From an uncultured Gemmatimonadales bacterium (GTDB taxonomy: Bacteria > Gemmatimonadota > Gemmatimonadetes > Longimicrobiales > RSA9), in the NCBI GenBank assembly GCA_963798085.1, contig CAWCRS010000009.1, positions 192,001-256,000 of the forward strand: DNA of 64,000 nt, read 5' to 3'. The translations under genes were made by a program, and so were the position numbers. How positions within the stretch are numbered: position 1 is the stretch's first letter; every line of letters starts with the position of its first letter. Below the pieces are notes generated by a model that saw only the letters and a program-made list of their open reading frames with translations, searched no databases and was not told the DNA's origin. Below, piece after piece: positions 1 through 11,679 of the stretch.

Positions 1-395
1 GCCCCCAGTGCGTTGCGCACCGTGCCGCCGATCAGCGCGTCCGGCGAAGTCGCGAGCGCTCCCTCGAGCACGAGCAGCCAGTCGGCGGCGGGCGCGCAAT
101 CGTCGTCCGTGAAGGCCAGCCATTTTCCCCGCGCGTTCGCGGCGCCGTGATTCCTCGCCGCCGCCGGTCCGGCGTGCGACTGCGTCAGGATACGCACGAC
201 CAGCGCATTGCCGCGGGCCACGCCTTCGGGCACACGGTCGAGTGGCGCCTCGCCACCGTCGTTCACGACGACGATTTCGAAGCCGCCGGCAGGCGGCTGC
301 AGTGCGCCGAGCGCGGCCAGGCACTCGGCCAGGCGGGCGGGTCGGTTCCACGTGGGCACCACGACCGACCATGCGGGCGAGGGCTGGTGGCTCAT
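1..395 (-). CDS. Glycosyltransferase family 2 (5' part; runs off the window)
   Basis: Manual translation from ATG at 395: MSHQPSPAWSVVVPTWNRPARLAECLAAL...FEIVVVNDGG...RNHGAANARGKWLAFTDDDC (GT-A DxD motif). ATGA overlap with the upstream flippase stop. Confidence 0.85.
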   Translation of the reverse strand, partial: MSHQPSPAWSVVVPTWNRPARLAECLAALGALQPPAGGFEIVVVNDGGEAPLDRVPEGVARGNALVVRILTQSHAGPAAARNHGAANARGKWLAFTDDDCAPAADWLLVLEGALATSPDALIGGTVRNALG

Positions 396-1931
396 GCGGC
401 GGATCGGCGAACGGAGCGGAACGCGGACGCGACCCAGCGCTGGAAACGCTGTCGTTCGGCGGGGGTCGGCTCACCCGAGAACGCGAGCGCAGCCAGCGTC
501 GAAATGCCCAGCGCAGCAATGCCCAGGAGTCCGGCGATGCCCGGTGCGGGCAGCAGTGTGGCTCCCGCAGCGAAAGCCGCCGTGCCCAGCAGGACGGTAC
601 GTGCCAGCGTGCCCAGCGGGAAGCGCGCGCCCGTTAGCCTGTGCGCGGCCCCACACGCTCCGGCTGCGGCGGCAATCGCGGTGCCGGCCGTGACGAGCGC
701 CGCGCCGAGCGCGCCGGCGCGCGGCACGGCCAGCAGATAACCCAGTGTTGCGACGGGCAGCATGGGCAGGCTGAACGCAATGGTCCAGCGTGGCCGGCCG
801 GCCGCGACCAGGATGCCGCTGGCGAGGGAGAGCAGCAGCGTGCCCACAGCGCCCAGCACGAGCGCGGCGAAGAGAGGCGAAGTCCGGCGGTAGGCGGGGC
901 CGAACAGCGACTCGACCAGCACCGGCGAAGCGCCCGCGGCGAGCCCGGCGGCCGGCAGCAGCAGGAGTCCGAATGCGCAGCGCGCCCGTCGCGGTGGCCT
1001 GCGCACCGGCACGGTCGCCCGCGGCCAGGCGATAGCTCAGCGCCGCAATGAGTGCCGGTACGAAGGCGCTGCCCAGCAGTCCCGGCCCCAGCGCGAGGTT
1101 CTGCGCCACACCATAGGCGGCCACGGTATCCAGCGGCGTTCCTAACAGCCTGATAGCGAAGAGATCGAGACGGTCGAACAGGCGCAGGCTGATGGCGGAG
1201 ACGGCGAGGGGCGCGGCAAAGGAGAGCAGACGCCGCATGGCGGCCGGGCTCACCGCGCCCCCGGCAATGCCGCCACCCACCCGCCAGCGCGCGACACCCA
1301 GCTCGACCGTCGTCGCGGCAACGATCAGCGCGGCCAGCGCGGTGAGCGGGAAGCCGAGCAGCGCGCCGCCGGCGACGAGCAGCAGGCGAGCGCACCAGCG
1401 CGTGGCCGCGACCGCCGCGCGCTCGCCATGCCGGCCTCGCCCGATGAGCACTGCTCGCCATGCCTGCGCAGCCGTGAACAGCGGGATCTCGAGTGACAGC
1501 ACACGCAGCAAAGGCGCAAGTGCGGGAACGCGCATGAGCGAGGCCGCGGGATCGGCCAGGGCAAAGACAATGATGCCGAACAGCAGGCCGGCGCCCACGT
1601 AGCAGCGAACCACCGCGCGAGCCACGCCTCGCCAGTCGGCCGGCTCGGCAACGAGCTTGTACGCCGCGCGCGAGAACAGCGAGACCACCGACCATTCCAG
1701 CCACGCAATGGCGGCCATGCCCAGAGCGAGTGCGCCGTAATCGCCTGTTCTGAGGTGCCGCGTGAGCAGGATGGTGGTGATCAATCCGGCGGGGAACGCG
1801 AGCGCCTCGGCCGCAGTCACCATGACGGTGCCACGCGCCAGGCCAATGTGCGGCCCCGGGCTCGAGGGTGGCGCATGCAATGCGGCCGGGATCGTGGACT
1901 CTTCGTCGTCGGCTACGCGGGGGCGGGTCAC
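392..1931 (-). CDS. Oligosaccharide flippase (Wzx-like), one frameshift near 973
   Basis: Multi-TM protein split between ORFs 471..2171 and 392..1012 (LARGTVMVTAAEALAFPAGLITTILLTRHL...; FAAPLAVSAISLRLFDRLDLF). GTGA overlap with the oxidoreductase stop. Confidence 0.8.
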
Positions 1932-3028
1932 GGGCCGCTCTCCTGCAGGCTCGCGTGTCTCGAGGGCGAAGTGGGCGGGCGGGCGTCGACGACTTCGCGC
2001 CGACCGCTGCGCGCGGAACGCTCGGCGGCAGCGATCACGGCAAGACAGGCGAGGCCCGCATCGAGATCGGCGGCATCGGCATCCAGCCGGCGCGAGCGTA
2101 CCGCGGCGACGAAGCGATCCAGCGCGATGGCGTAGCCGGGCTCGCGCAGCGGGGAGCGCCGTGCCCGCCACGCGGCAGGCAACTGCCGCAGCGCGCCCAC
2201 GCGGCGCAGCATGCGAGCGGCGGCACCGCCGCCCTCGCCCGGGTTGTCGACAATGGCGACGTCCAGCGAAGTGAAGCGCGACACGGCGAGGCGTGCGCGC
2301 TCCCCGAACACCTCGATCTGGTCGTGTTCGGCGGCGGCCAGCGAGAAGAAGCCCTGCACGCGCGGGCCCTCCTCCAGCTCCAGCTCGACTAACACGGTAT
2401 CATCTTCGGTGCGGCGTGACTCGATCGTGGCCTGCACGGCCACCACCTCGCGGCCGAAGAGAAAGCGCATCAGGTCAATGCGGTGCGAGCCCAGGTCGAG
2501 CAGCGCACCGCCACCCGTGGCGCGCCGGCGCTTCCAGTCCGGCACGGCCGCCGCGCCGACGCTGAAGACGGTGCGCGCAAACACGGGATTGCCGGCGCGG
2601 CCGGAGCGCAGCAGATCGCGCAGCCGGCAATGCAGCGGATTGAACCGCTCGTTGAAACCCATCATGCCAATGCGCCCGCTGGCCCGCCATGCATCCAGCA
2701 CGGGCGCAGCCTCTGTCAACCCGGCTGTCAGCGGCTTCTCCAGGTACAGATCGCAGCCGGCGTGGAGGACCGCGCTCGCCGCAAGCGCGTGTTCCGCTGT
2801 GGGCAGCGCGACGATCACCGCATCCGGGCGCGACTCGGCGAGCATGTCCGCAATGGTGGCGTACGGTCGTGCGCCGCGTACCCGCGTGCTCGCTTCGGAC
2901 AGCGCATCAATGTCCGCGTCGACCAGCGCGTGGATCGCGACATCAGGCCGGGCCGCGAGCAACGGAAGGTGAACCTGCCGCGCGATCGCGCCGCAGCCCG
3001 CAATGCCGACCTTCAGGCGATCCGTCAT
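1928..3028 (-). CDS. Gfo/Idh/MocA family oxidoreductase
   Basis: KVGIAGCGAIA Rossmann motif, LEKP, GGGALLDLGSHRID. Confidence 0.9.
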   Translation of the reverse strand: MTDRLKVGIAGCGAIARQVHLPLLAARPDVAIHALVDADIDALSEASTRVRGARPYATIADMLAESRPDAVIVALPTAEHALAASAVLHAGCDLYLEKPLTAGLTEAAPVLDAWRASGRIGMMGFNERFNPLHCRLRDLLRSGRAGNPVFARTVFSVGAAAVPDWKRRRATGGGALLDLGSHRIDLMRFLFGREVVAVQATIESRRTEDDTVLVELELEEGPRVQGFFSLAAAEHDQIEVFGERARLAVSRFTSLDVAIVDNPGEGGGAAARMLRRVGALRQLPAAWRARRSPLREPGYAIALDRFVAAVRSRRLDADAADLDAGLACLAVIAAAERSARSGRREVVDARPPTSPSRHASLQESGP

Positions 3029-4015
3029 TCAGTTCGACTCGGCCCTGACCGACGTTTCCGGCGTGTGTCGCGGCCGCGAAGGTCGCAGCAGCTCGACCGC
3101 AGCGCCCAGGGCGGTTGCGGCCTGCGCCACCGCGATCAGGAATGCACAGCGCCACGCGGCCGGGTTCCACCAGCGGCGCAGCGGGTGCAGCACGAGTCGC
3201 ATGTAGAACCACGGACCGGGTACGGGATGCTGTACCCGGCGGGCGGCGTGGCGCTGGCGTACACGCAGCAGGCCGCGGCCATAGCGGAAGTGCTGGCGCA
3301 CGAAGCCGCTCAGGGTCAGCTCGTGGTAATGCACGACCGTCGCTTCAGGAACGAACTGCGCGTTACCACCAGACTCCTGCCAGCGCCAGCACAAGTCGTA
3401 ATCTTCGCCGGCTGCATCCGGGAATTCGGGACTGAAGCCGCCAATCGCGTGGAATCCGGCCGCCGGCAGACTCAGGTTGCTCGTGCTGAACAGTCGCGCA
3501 CCGTATCGGCGTGTATGCTCGCTGTACACGAAGTCCATGATCGCGTGCGTCGCAGCCGCGCCATCATTGGCGGGAACGCCGTTGCGCAGGCCGCCGCCGA
3601 GCAGTGCATCGGGCGTCGCCTCGAAACGCGTCTGCAGCCCTTGCAGCCAGTCGGGCGAGGGCTCGCAGTCATCGTCGGTAAAGGCGAGGTAGCGGCCGCT
3701 CGCGGCTTCCGCCGCGAGGTTGCGTGTCGAAGCGGGCCCCGTGTTAGCCTGCCGCACCACACGAACGGACACCGTCCGGTTCAGCTCGGACAGCAGATCG
3801 GCGTGCTGTATCGAAACGGGCATTGCACACCCATCGTCGCCCACGATCACTTCGAAGCTGGCGGGCGAAAGCGTCTGAGCCGCGAGCGCACGCAGACACG
3901 CGGCCAGTGCGTGGGGCCGGCTGAATGTGGGCACGATGGCCGAGAAGATGGGCGCGCCCGGCCGGCCTGCGGACCGTTGTCCGGTGGGCGCGAGAACAGT
4001 GCCGGTCCGCGTCAT
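3029..4015 (-). CDS. Glycosyltransferase family 2
   Basis: FSAIVPTFSR, VIVGDDG, GPASTRN, LAFTDDDC, GEDYDL. Start placed at MTRTG (uncertain). Confidence 0.88.
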   Translation of the reverse strand: MTRTGTVLAPTGQRSAGRPGAPIFSAIVPTFSRPHALAACLRALAAQTLSPASFEVIVGDDGCAMPVSIQHADLLSELNRTVSVRVVRQANTGPASTRNLAAEAASGRYLAFTDDDCEPSPDWLQGLQTRFEATPDALLGGGLRNGVPANDGAAATHAIMDFVYSEHTRRYGARLFSTSNLSLPAAGFHAIGGFSPEFPDAAGEDYDLCWRWQESGGNAQFVPEATVVHYHELTLSGFVRQHFRYGRGLLRVRQRHAARRVQHPVPGPWFYMRLVLHPLRRWWNPAAWRCAFLIAVAQAATALGAAVELLRPSRPRHTPETSVRAESN

Positions 4016-4412
4016 TTGCGGGCCCATCGCCACAGGTCCCGGTGCCGCCGTCGGTTCGCCATCGCCGTTCGCACCTCCGTAGCGGAGCCGCCGGTACGCG
4101 AGGGAGCCGCAGCCCGACGTTCGGGAGTAACGCAAGAATAATGGCACCGCAGCAAAGGGCAGGCCGATCGGGCCCGAGCAGGCGCCGGGCACGCCACGGT
4201 CGCCGTATGCAGGCGACGGCGCTGTTTCGGACCGGCCGGTGTCCCCCCGGGCGGCCTCGCCTGCCGGCCCTGGCGGGGCTCCACTGGAACCGGCCCGGGA
4301 ACCGGCCACAACGCGACCGTGGACGCAACCGTGTACTATTCCGGAGTTGGGCGCGTCACGATTTCAGTCGACCGGCGATCTCGAAGGTATCCGGCAACTC
4401 CCTGTTTGCAAG

Positions 4413-6616
4413 ATGAGCCCACTGTCACGGCGTGCGTTCTTCCAGATTGCCGGCACCGGCGGCGCCGTTCTGCTGCTCGGCGTCGTCGCGCGCGACCTGC
4501 ACATCGCGCGCATCACGGGGCGTACCGCGGCGGGGCTCGAGCGTTTCGATTTCGGCGCCTTCCTGCGCATGGATGAAAGCGGTCGCGTCACTGTCTGGAT
4601 CTCGCGTTCGGAGATGGGGCAGGGCGTCAGCACCGCGCTACCCATGCTCGTGGCAGAGGAACTGGAAATCGAGTGGTCCGCCGTGAGCATCGCGTTAGCG
4701 GACCTCGACGCCCGCCTGGGCGAGCAGGGCACGTCGGGCAGCTTCAGCATGCGCACGCTCTGGGAGCCTCTGCGCAAGGCGGGCGCGAGCGCGCGTCAGA
4801 TGCTGATTGCCGCCGCTGCGGCGCGCTGGAACGTTCCGGCGGCGGAGTGTCGCGCGGCAGCAGGGCGTGTGACGCATGAGCCCGGCCGCCGCGCCGCAAC
4901 CTACGGCGAGCTGGTGCGCGAAGCCGCACTGCTGCCGGTGCCGGAAGATGTGCCGCTGAAACCGCCGGAGCAGTATCGCCTGCTCGGTCGACGGCTGCCC
5001 CGCCAGGGAATGCGCGCCATCGTGCGCGGCGCTATGGAGTACGGCATCAATGTGCGCGTGCCCGGCATGCTGTTCGCCAGCGTCGAGCACCCGCCGCAGC
5101 ACGGCGGGCGCATTGCGCATCTCGATGATGCGGCCGCCCTCGCGCTGCGCGGTGTGCGCTCGGTCCTGGTGATCGAGCCGTCTTCGCCGCCGCAACATCG
5201 CTGGGGCGGCGTGGCGGTCGTGGCGGAGAGTACGTGGGCCGCGTTCCAGGGACGCCGGGCGCTGCGCATCGAGTGGACCGCTCCGGCCGGCAGTGCCGGC
5301 GACAGCAGCGCGCAGCTCGATGCGGCGCTGGACCGCGCGCTCCTCGAATCCGGCAGCGTGGTTCGCAGGGAAGGCGATGCCGCGGCTGTGCTCGCGCACC
5401 CGGCGCATTGTGTCGAGGCGACGTACGCACTGCCCTTCCTGGCGCACGCCACGATGGAGCCGATGAACTGCACCGCGCACGTGACCGGCGATCGCTGCGA
5501 GGTGTGGGCGCCGACGCAGTCGCCGGGCGGCGTTGCCGGCAATGTGTCGCGGGCGCTGGGCATTGCGCGCGACCATGTGACCGTGCACGTGGTGCGCATG
5601 GGTGGAGGTTTCGGGCGACGCAGTTTCCCCGACGTTGCCGTCGAAGCCGCCCTGATCTCCCGCCATGCCGACGTGCCGGTGCAGGTCATTGGACACGCGA
5701 GGATGACATGCGCAACGACTACTACCGGCCCGCGAGCCGTCACAGACTGCGGGCGGCAATCGACAATGCGGGTCGCGTGATCGCGTGGGAGCACCGCTTC
5801 GCTTCGACCGCCATTGCCGGGTTCACGGATCCGGGCGGCCCCGCCAATGTGATGGAGCTGGGCGGCGCCGCCGATGTGCCTTTCGCGATTCCCAACGTGC
5901 GCGTCGAGTATCGCGCGGTGCCGTCGGCCATGCCGCGCGGCTGGCTGCGCTCCGTCGAGCACGGGCCCAACGCCTTCGCCGTGCAATCGTTCGTGGGCGA
6001 GCTGGCGGCTGCGACGGGCCGCGATGCGCATGCGCTGTTAGTCGAGCTGATCGGTCCGCCCCGGCTGATCCCGCCGCCGCTGGACGATGGCGGCTACTCG
6101 CTGCCGCTCGACACGGCAAGACTGCGGCGCGTCCTCGATCTCGCCGCGCAACGTGCGGGCTGGGGCTCCACCGTTCCCGCCGGCACGGGCCGCGGCATCG
6201 CCGCGCACTGCTCGCGCAGCTACGCGGCTGCCGTGGTCGATGCCTCCGTCAGCGAATCCGGAATCGTGAAAGTGCAGCGCGTGGTGTGCGCCGTCGACTG
6301 CGGCTTCGTGATCGACCCCGGCGGCGTCGAAGCAAACCTCGAAGGCGGCATCGTGTTCGCGCTCTCGGCCGCACTGGGCGGGCTGATCACGGTGGCGAAC
6401 GGCGAGGTCGAGCAGGGCAACTTCGATCGCTATCCCGTGCTGCGCCTGGCAGACACGCCCTCCATTGAAGTGCACCTGACACCGAGCCAGGATCCGCCAC
6501 TGGGCGTGGGCGAAGCCGCGGTGCCGCCGGTCGCGCCCGCACTGGCCAACGCCATCTTCGCCGCCACCGGCCGGCGGGTCCGACGGCTGCCCATCCTGCC
6601 GGACGATCTGCGCTGA
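4413..6616 (+). CDS. Xanthine dehydrogenase family molybdopterin-binding subunit (IorB-like), Tat signal, frameshift near 5690
   Basis: SRRAFF Tat motif; SEMGQG, HATMEP, GGGFGRR, WTREDD, GVGEAAVPPVAPALANAIFAATGRR. Split over ORFs 4239..5780 and 5234..6616. Confidence 0.88.
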
Positions 6617-6947
6617 AAGAAACGCAGCTGCGCCGCCATAACAGTCAGTTATAGCAGGCGACTGGCTGGCAGCGTGACGGTGGCGCCGCCGCCGCTCAGC
6701 CCGGACGCCGCGCGTGGCCGGCGATGCGTTCTTTCCCCGCTTCGATACAGGGTTCAAGCTCGGGATCGCCAGTCTTCAGGACGTCGAGGGAATCGGACAA
6801 CCTCCCACGTTCGGCCGAGGAGCGGCAGACCCCGCAGCGCCGCTCGATCGGACCGGGCGCAGGACAAGGGTGAGACCGGGGTCGGGGGCTCGACGGCGCC
6901 AGAGAGTCGCGGTGTTGTGCGACCATTGCACGCTGTGGCGTCTGGCG

Positions 6948-6972
6948 CTATACATGCTCGAAACATGTATAG
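6948..6972. promoter_or_regulatory. Perfect AT-rich inverted repeat, probable PadR operator
   Basis: CTATACATG-N7-CATGTATAG lies immediately upstream of the padR ATG at 6979. Confidence 0.6.
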
Positions 6973-6978
6973 GCGGCC

Positions 6979-7340
6979 ATGAACACGAAAACCTCGCGTC
7001 GGGCGCCACTCGCGCCCGCGGATTTCCACGTGCTGCTCGTGCTGCTGGAGGACGAGTTGTACGGCTACGCGATCCGCAAGGCGGTGGCACGCGAGAGCGG
7101 TGGCCGGATCGTCCCCGAGATCGGTTCGCTCTATCGCGTGCTGGCGCGCCTGATGAGTGAGGGGCTGGTGGAGGAGACGTCCCGCACGGGCGGGGGCGCA
7201 GTGCACCCGGTCGGTCGCGGAAGTATTTCCGGCTCACCGCGGCAGGCCGGGTGGCGATCAAGGCGGAAGCGAAGCGTCTGCGCGAGGTGCTGGCGCTGGC
7301 AGAGGCGAGGAACGTGCTGCCGCAGCGTGGTGGCGCGTGA
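6979..7340 (+). CDS. PadR family transcriptional regulator, frameshift near 7210
   Basis: FHVLLVL...YGYAIRKAV...GSLYRVLARL, then in the shifted frame RKYFRLTAAGRVAIKAEAKRLREVL. Confidence 0.85.
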
Positions 7341-10056
7341 GTGGCGGTGGGGGACATGGCGGCCGGGGCGGTGCCGGGCCGGGGTTGCGGACATCAGTGG
7401 CGCTGCTGGCTGTTCCGGAGTGTGCTGCGGCTCGCGCCGGGCCGGTTCCGCGACCGGTTCGGCGCCGCGATGGTGGCGGATTTCCGCGAGCAGCTGGCGG
7501 AATCGTGCGGTCCGGGCCGGCTGTCGTGGGTGCGGGTAACAGCGCGTTCGCTGGCGGATCTGCTGGGGGTGGTAGCGCGGGAGCGAATCGCGCCGGCGGT
7601 CCGCGCGGCCGGCGACCCCCCGATGGAGCGATGGGTGTGGCGCGGCTCGCGGGACGCGCTCGGGCCGGATCTGAGGATCGGGCTGCGGTCGCTCGCCCGC
7701 CGGCCGCGCTTTGTGGCGCTGGTGCTCGCCACGCTGGGTGTGGGGGTGGGTGCTAACACGGCGTTGTTCTCCATGGTGAACGCCGTGCTGCTGCGGCCGC
7801 TGCCGTTGCGCGCGCCGGACCGGCTGGTGTCGGTGTGGCAGGAGGACCTGAGCGCGGCGGCGGCAGCATGGCGGCGCCGGCGAGCCTCGATGCGTGGCGC
7901 GCGCAGGTCGCCTCGTTCGCGGCCGTGGGTGCATACGGGACTCGCCTGGGCTGGACCGTCGTGTCCGGCGGGGACGAGCCCAGGGCACTGAAGACTGCAT
8001 GGGTGACGGGCAATTTCCTTGATGTCCTGGGCGTGGCGGTGTTGCGGGGTCGCACGTTCCACGACGAGGAAACGTGGAGCGACGCGGCGCCCGTCGTGAT
8101 CGTGAGCGACGAGTACCGCGCGCGCCGTTTCGGGCCGGGTGTGGATGTGATCGGCAGGACGATCACGGTGGACGATGCGCAGCGTACGATCGTGGGGGTT
8201 CTGCCGGCGGGCCTGTCGTTCCCCGAGAGCGGGATCGCACTTTGGCTGCCGCTGGGCTGGGACCGGAGGCCGTGGGCGCGGCGTGGTTCCGGCAGGACCG
8301 CTTCGTGAGCGTGGTGGCGCGGCTGCGGCCGGGCGTGAGCCTCGAACGCGCGGCGTTGGAACTGTCGGTCGTGCGTCCGCCCGTCGGGGGGATCGCCTCC
8401 GTGCGCAATCGCATTGCGCCGCTGCAGGCGGCACTGGCCACTGAGGCGAGGACACCACTGCTGCTCCTCTTCGGATTCACGACGCTGCTGCTCGTATTGA
8501 CATGCGCGAATCTCGCCAACCTGATGCTGCTGCGGGCAGCAGAGAGGGCGCACGAGGTCGCGGTGCGCGCAGCGCTGGGTGCGGGGCGGCGTCGCATTCT
8601 GCGCGAGCTGCTGATCGAGACGCTTCTGCTGGCGGCGGGTGGCGGGATCGCGGCACTCGTGGTGGCGCGGATCTCGATCCGCCTGCTGCACCTTCTGCGC
8701 CCGCCTGACGCGTGGCGGCTGCAGGCGGTGCCGCTCGATAGTCACGTGTTAGTATGGGCCTGTGGGGCGACGCTGGGGTGCACCGTCTTCTTCGGGATGC
8801 TGCCTGCCTGGCGAGGCCTCCGTTCCGCGGCCGGTGCGGGCACCAGCCGCATGACGACGGGCCCGCAGGGCCGGCGGGTGGCGCGCATCCTCGTGGGCAG
8901 CGAGATCGCGCTCGCGCTCGTGCTCGCCACCGGCGCCACGCTGCTGCTGCGCAGCTTCGCGGCCCTGACCCGCGTCGACGCCGGCTTCCGGACGACCGAT
9001 CGCTTCGCCGCACAGCTCCTCGTTCCGCTGCGCTACAACTCGGATCCGCAGCAGCTCGCGCTCGCGGAACGCGTCACCGCGTCGCTGGCTGCGCTGCCGG
9101 GCGTGGCCGACGTCACGTACACGAGCCGGCTGCCGTTCACGGGCACGACGATCCTGATGGGCAACGTTGTGGCGGACCCGGCCGAGCCCGGCTCGGCGCC
9201 TGTGCCGGTGGGCGCGCGCACCATTGCGGACGACTATTTCCGCGTGCTGGATGTGCCGGTCGTCGAGGGGCGCGCGTTCTCGACGACCGACGGTCTCGAT
9301 ACCGAGCCAGTCGTCATTGTGAACGAGACGTTCCGGCGACATTACTTCCCGGCCGGACGCGCTGTGGGCGCGCGCATCACATGGGACAAGGATCCGGGCC
9401 CACGCTCCGACTGGTATCGCATCGTCGGCGTCGTGCCGGACCAGCTCCAGCTGGATCCGCGATCCGCCACGCGGCTGGAAGTATTCTTCGCGTTCCGGCA
9501 GAAGCCCGGCCGCTTCCTCAACATGCTGTTGCGGGTTCGTCCGGGTACGCGTTCGCTCGAGCCGGCGATTCGCGAGCGACTGTCCGCGGTCGACCCGGCG
9601 CTGGCCGTCTTTTCGTTCCGTTCGCTGGAATCCGTCCACGCGGAGACGCTGAGCCCCGACCGCTCGCTCACGCTGCTCACTGCGATCTTCGCCAGTGTCG
9701 CGCTCTTCCTCGCCGTGATCGGCATCCATGGCGCCACCGCCGAAACCGTCCGGCGGCGGACGAAAGAGATCGGCATCCGTGTGGCGCTGGGCGCGCAGTC
9801 CCGCGATATCGCCGGGCTCGCGCTGCGCGAGAGCGCACGGCTTGCGGGCATGGGCACGATCGCGGGCCTGGTCCTCGCTCTCGCCGGTTCCCGCATCCTG
9901 GCGAGTGTCCTCTTTGCGGTCGACGTGCACGACATCACGACCTGGATACTGGTGCCCACTGGACTTCTCATCACGGCCATTGCCGCGAGCGGCCGACCCG
10001 CGTTGCAGGCCGCGCGCATTGACCCCCTCGACGCGCTGGGCCGCGACGCAACCTGA
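7337..10056 (+). CDS. ADOP-type duplicated MacB/FtsX ABC permease, frameshifts near 7400, 7865 and 8270
   Basis: FRDRFGAAM N-terminus; LGVGANTALFSMVNAVLLRPLP; CANLANLMLLRA..R..EVAVRAALGA; RRTKEIGIRVALGA; AARIDPLDAL. Confidence 0.85.
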
Positions 10057-10141
10057 TGTCGCTGGAAACACGGGATTTCAGGCGGCGGCTGGCGCAGCAG
10101 GCCCACCGGGAGTCGCAGCTTCAGCACAGCGTCGCCGACCG

Positions 10142-10756
10142 CTATGCCGGTGCCGTCGGCCGCAGGTCCAGCACTTCGCCGTTGATGTACCCGGCATCGG
10201 GCGACAGCAGGAAACACGCTGTTTGAACGGCGGCTTCGGCAGCCGCCTCGCCATCCTGTGGAACGATCACGGCATTGCAGGTGATGCTGCGCCGGCCGTA
10301 CTCGATGGCGATGGCGCGGGCCAGGCAGACCAGGGCCTCACACAACGATGCGGGGATGGTGGCGGGCTCGCGCGGGCAGCGCACGAACACCAGCAGCCGG
10401 CCGCCTTCACCGCCGGCCATGAACTCGTCGACCACGCGGCGGGCCACGAGGAACGCGGCGCGCAGCGGCGAGGTGAGCGCGGCATGCCACGCGGCAGTGC
10501 AGCCGCCGGTGAGTGATACATCCTTCGCGGACGTGTCGGCGAGGAGGATCATGCCGGCGGGCGTTCCCATCCCGGCGAGCACGTTGTCGAGCGCGTCGTC
10601 GACATTCTGCTCTTCCGACAGATCACGCGTGTGGCGCAGGTTTTCGGTGCGCCAGCCTTCGCGCGCGAGCGCCTCGGTCAACGCGCAGCCCAGGCCGCCG
10701 GCAGCGCCGGTCACGTCTGCGACGACCAGACCGCCGGGCGAAGCCTGCAGCATCAT
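10142..10756 (-). CDS. Short, degenerate SDR-like protein
   Basis: VTGAAGGLG Rossmann motif and C-terminal FLLSPDAGYINGEVL, but no YxxxK motif. Confidence 0.7.
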   Translation of the reverse strand: MMLQASPGGLVVADVTGAAGGLGCALTEALAREGWRTENLRHTRDLSEEQNVDDALDNVLAGMGTPAGMILLADTSAKDVSLTGGCTAAWHAALTSPLRAAFLVARRVVDEFMAGGEGGRLLVFVRCPREPATIPASLCEALVCLARAIAIEYGRRSITCNAVIVPQDGEAAAEAAVQTACFLLSPDAGYINGEVLDLRPTAPA

Positions 10757-11679
10757 GCGACGCGCACAGCGCTGACGCTGGCGTCAGCGAACGTGGAGCA
10801 TGCCGCGGCGGGGAACTGTCGCCGCACGCAGCGCAGCAGCACATCGCCGGGCCCGCACTGAATGAACGTCGCTACGCCCAGCGCGCGCACGGCCTCAATG
10901 CTTTCCTGGAAGAGCACCGGCGCCGTCAGCTGGCGCAGAATCGATGCGCGCACGGCACGCGCCGTGGTGAGCGGGTGCGCGGTCACATTGTCGATGACGA
11001 CCGCCTGCGGATCGGCGATCGGGCAGCGCGCGACGACGGGCGCGAGCGCATCGGCCGCGGGGCGCAGCAGTTCCGAGTGCGTGGCGATGGACACCGCCAG
11101 CGGTACCACGCCGAAGCCCGCGGCATCGAGTGCGTCGCCTACCGCGTCGACGGCGGGACGCGTGCCCGAGATGACCGTCTGGTCCGGAGCGTTGTGGCAG
11201 GCCACGCCGACCACGCCGAGAGCCTGTCCCTGGCGGCACGCCGCGTACACGGCCGCGCGGTCGGCTCCCAGAATAGCGGCCATGGCGCCGCCTTCGGGCG
11301 GCATGGCGGCGGCCATTGCTCTTGCCCTTGCCTGCAGCAGCTCGAGCGCCGGCTCGAACGCAATGGCGCCGGCCGCCACCAGTGCTGCGAATTGCCCGAC
11401 GCTGTGACCGATGAGCATGCGCGGCTCGATGCCCTGCGCGCGCAGCCGGAGCGCGTGCAGCACGCCGATGGTGAGGAGCGCAGGCTGGGCTAACTCCGTG
11501 TTTAGCAGTGCTTCGGCCGGTCCTTCGCGCATCAGCCGGGAGAGCGGCCGACTCAGGCGGGCATCCGCGGCCGCCAGCAGATCCTGCGCAAAAGGCGCGC
11601 TTGCCAGCGCGTCATCGAGCATGCCTGCGGCCTGACTGCCCTGGCCGGCGAAGAGCAGCGCCACGCCGTGCGGAGTCAC
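10753..11679 (-). CDS. fabD: ACP S-malonyltransferase (FabD-like free-standing acyltransferase)
   Basis: LFAGQGSQ, TELAQPAL, GHSVGQ active site, NAPDQTVISG, QLTAPVLF. Confidence 0.9.
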   Translation of the reverse strand: MTPHGVALLFAGQGSQAAGMLDDALASAPFAQDLLAAADARLSRPLSRLMREGPAEALLNTELAQPALLTIGVLHALRLRAQGIEPRMLIGHSVGQFAALVAAGAIAFEPALELLQARARAMAAAMPPEGGAMAAILGADRAAVYAACRQGQALGVVGVACHNAPDQTVISGTRPAVDAVGDALDAAGFGVVPLAVSIATHSELLRPAADALAPVVARCPIADPQAVVIDNVTAHPLTTARAVRASILRQLTAPVLFQESIEAVRALGVATFIQCGPGDVLLRCVRRQFPAAACSTFADASVSAVRVA

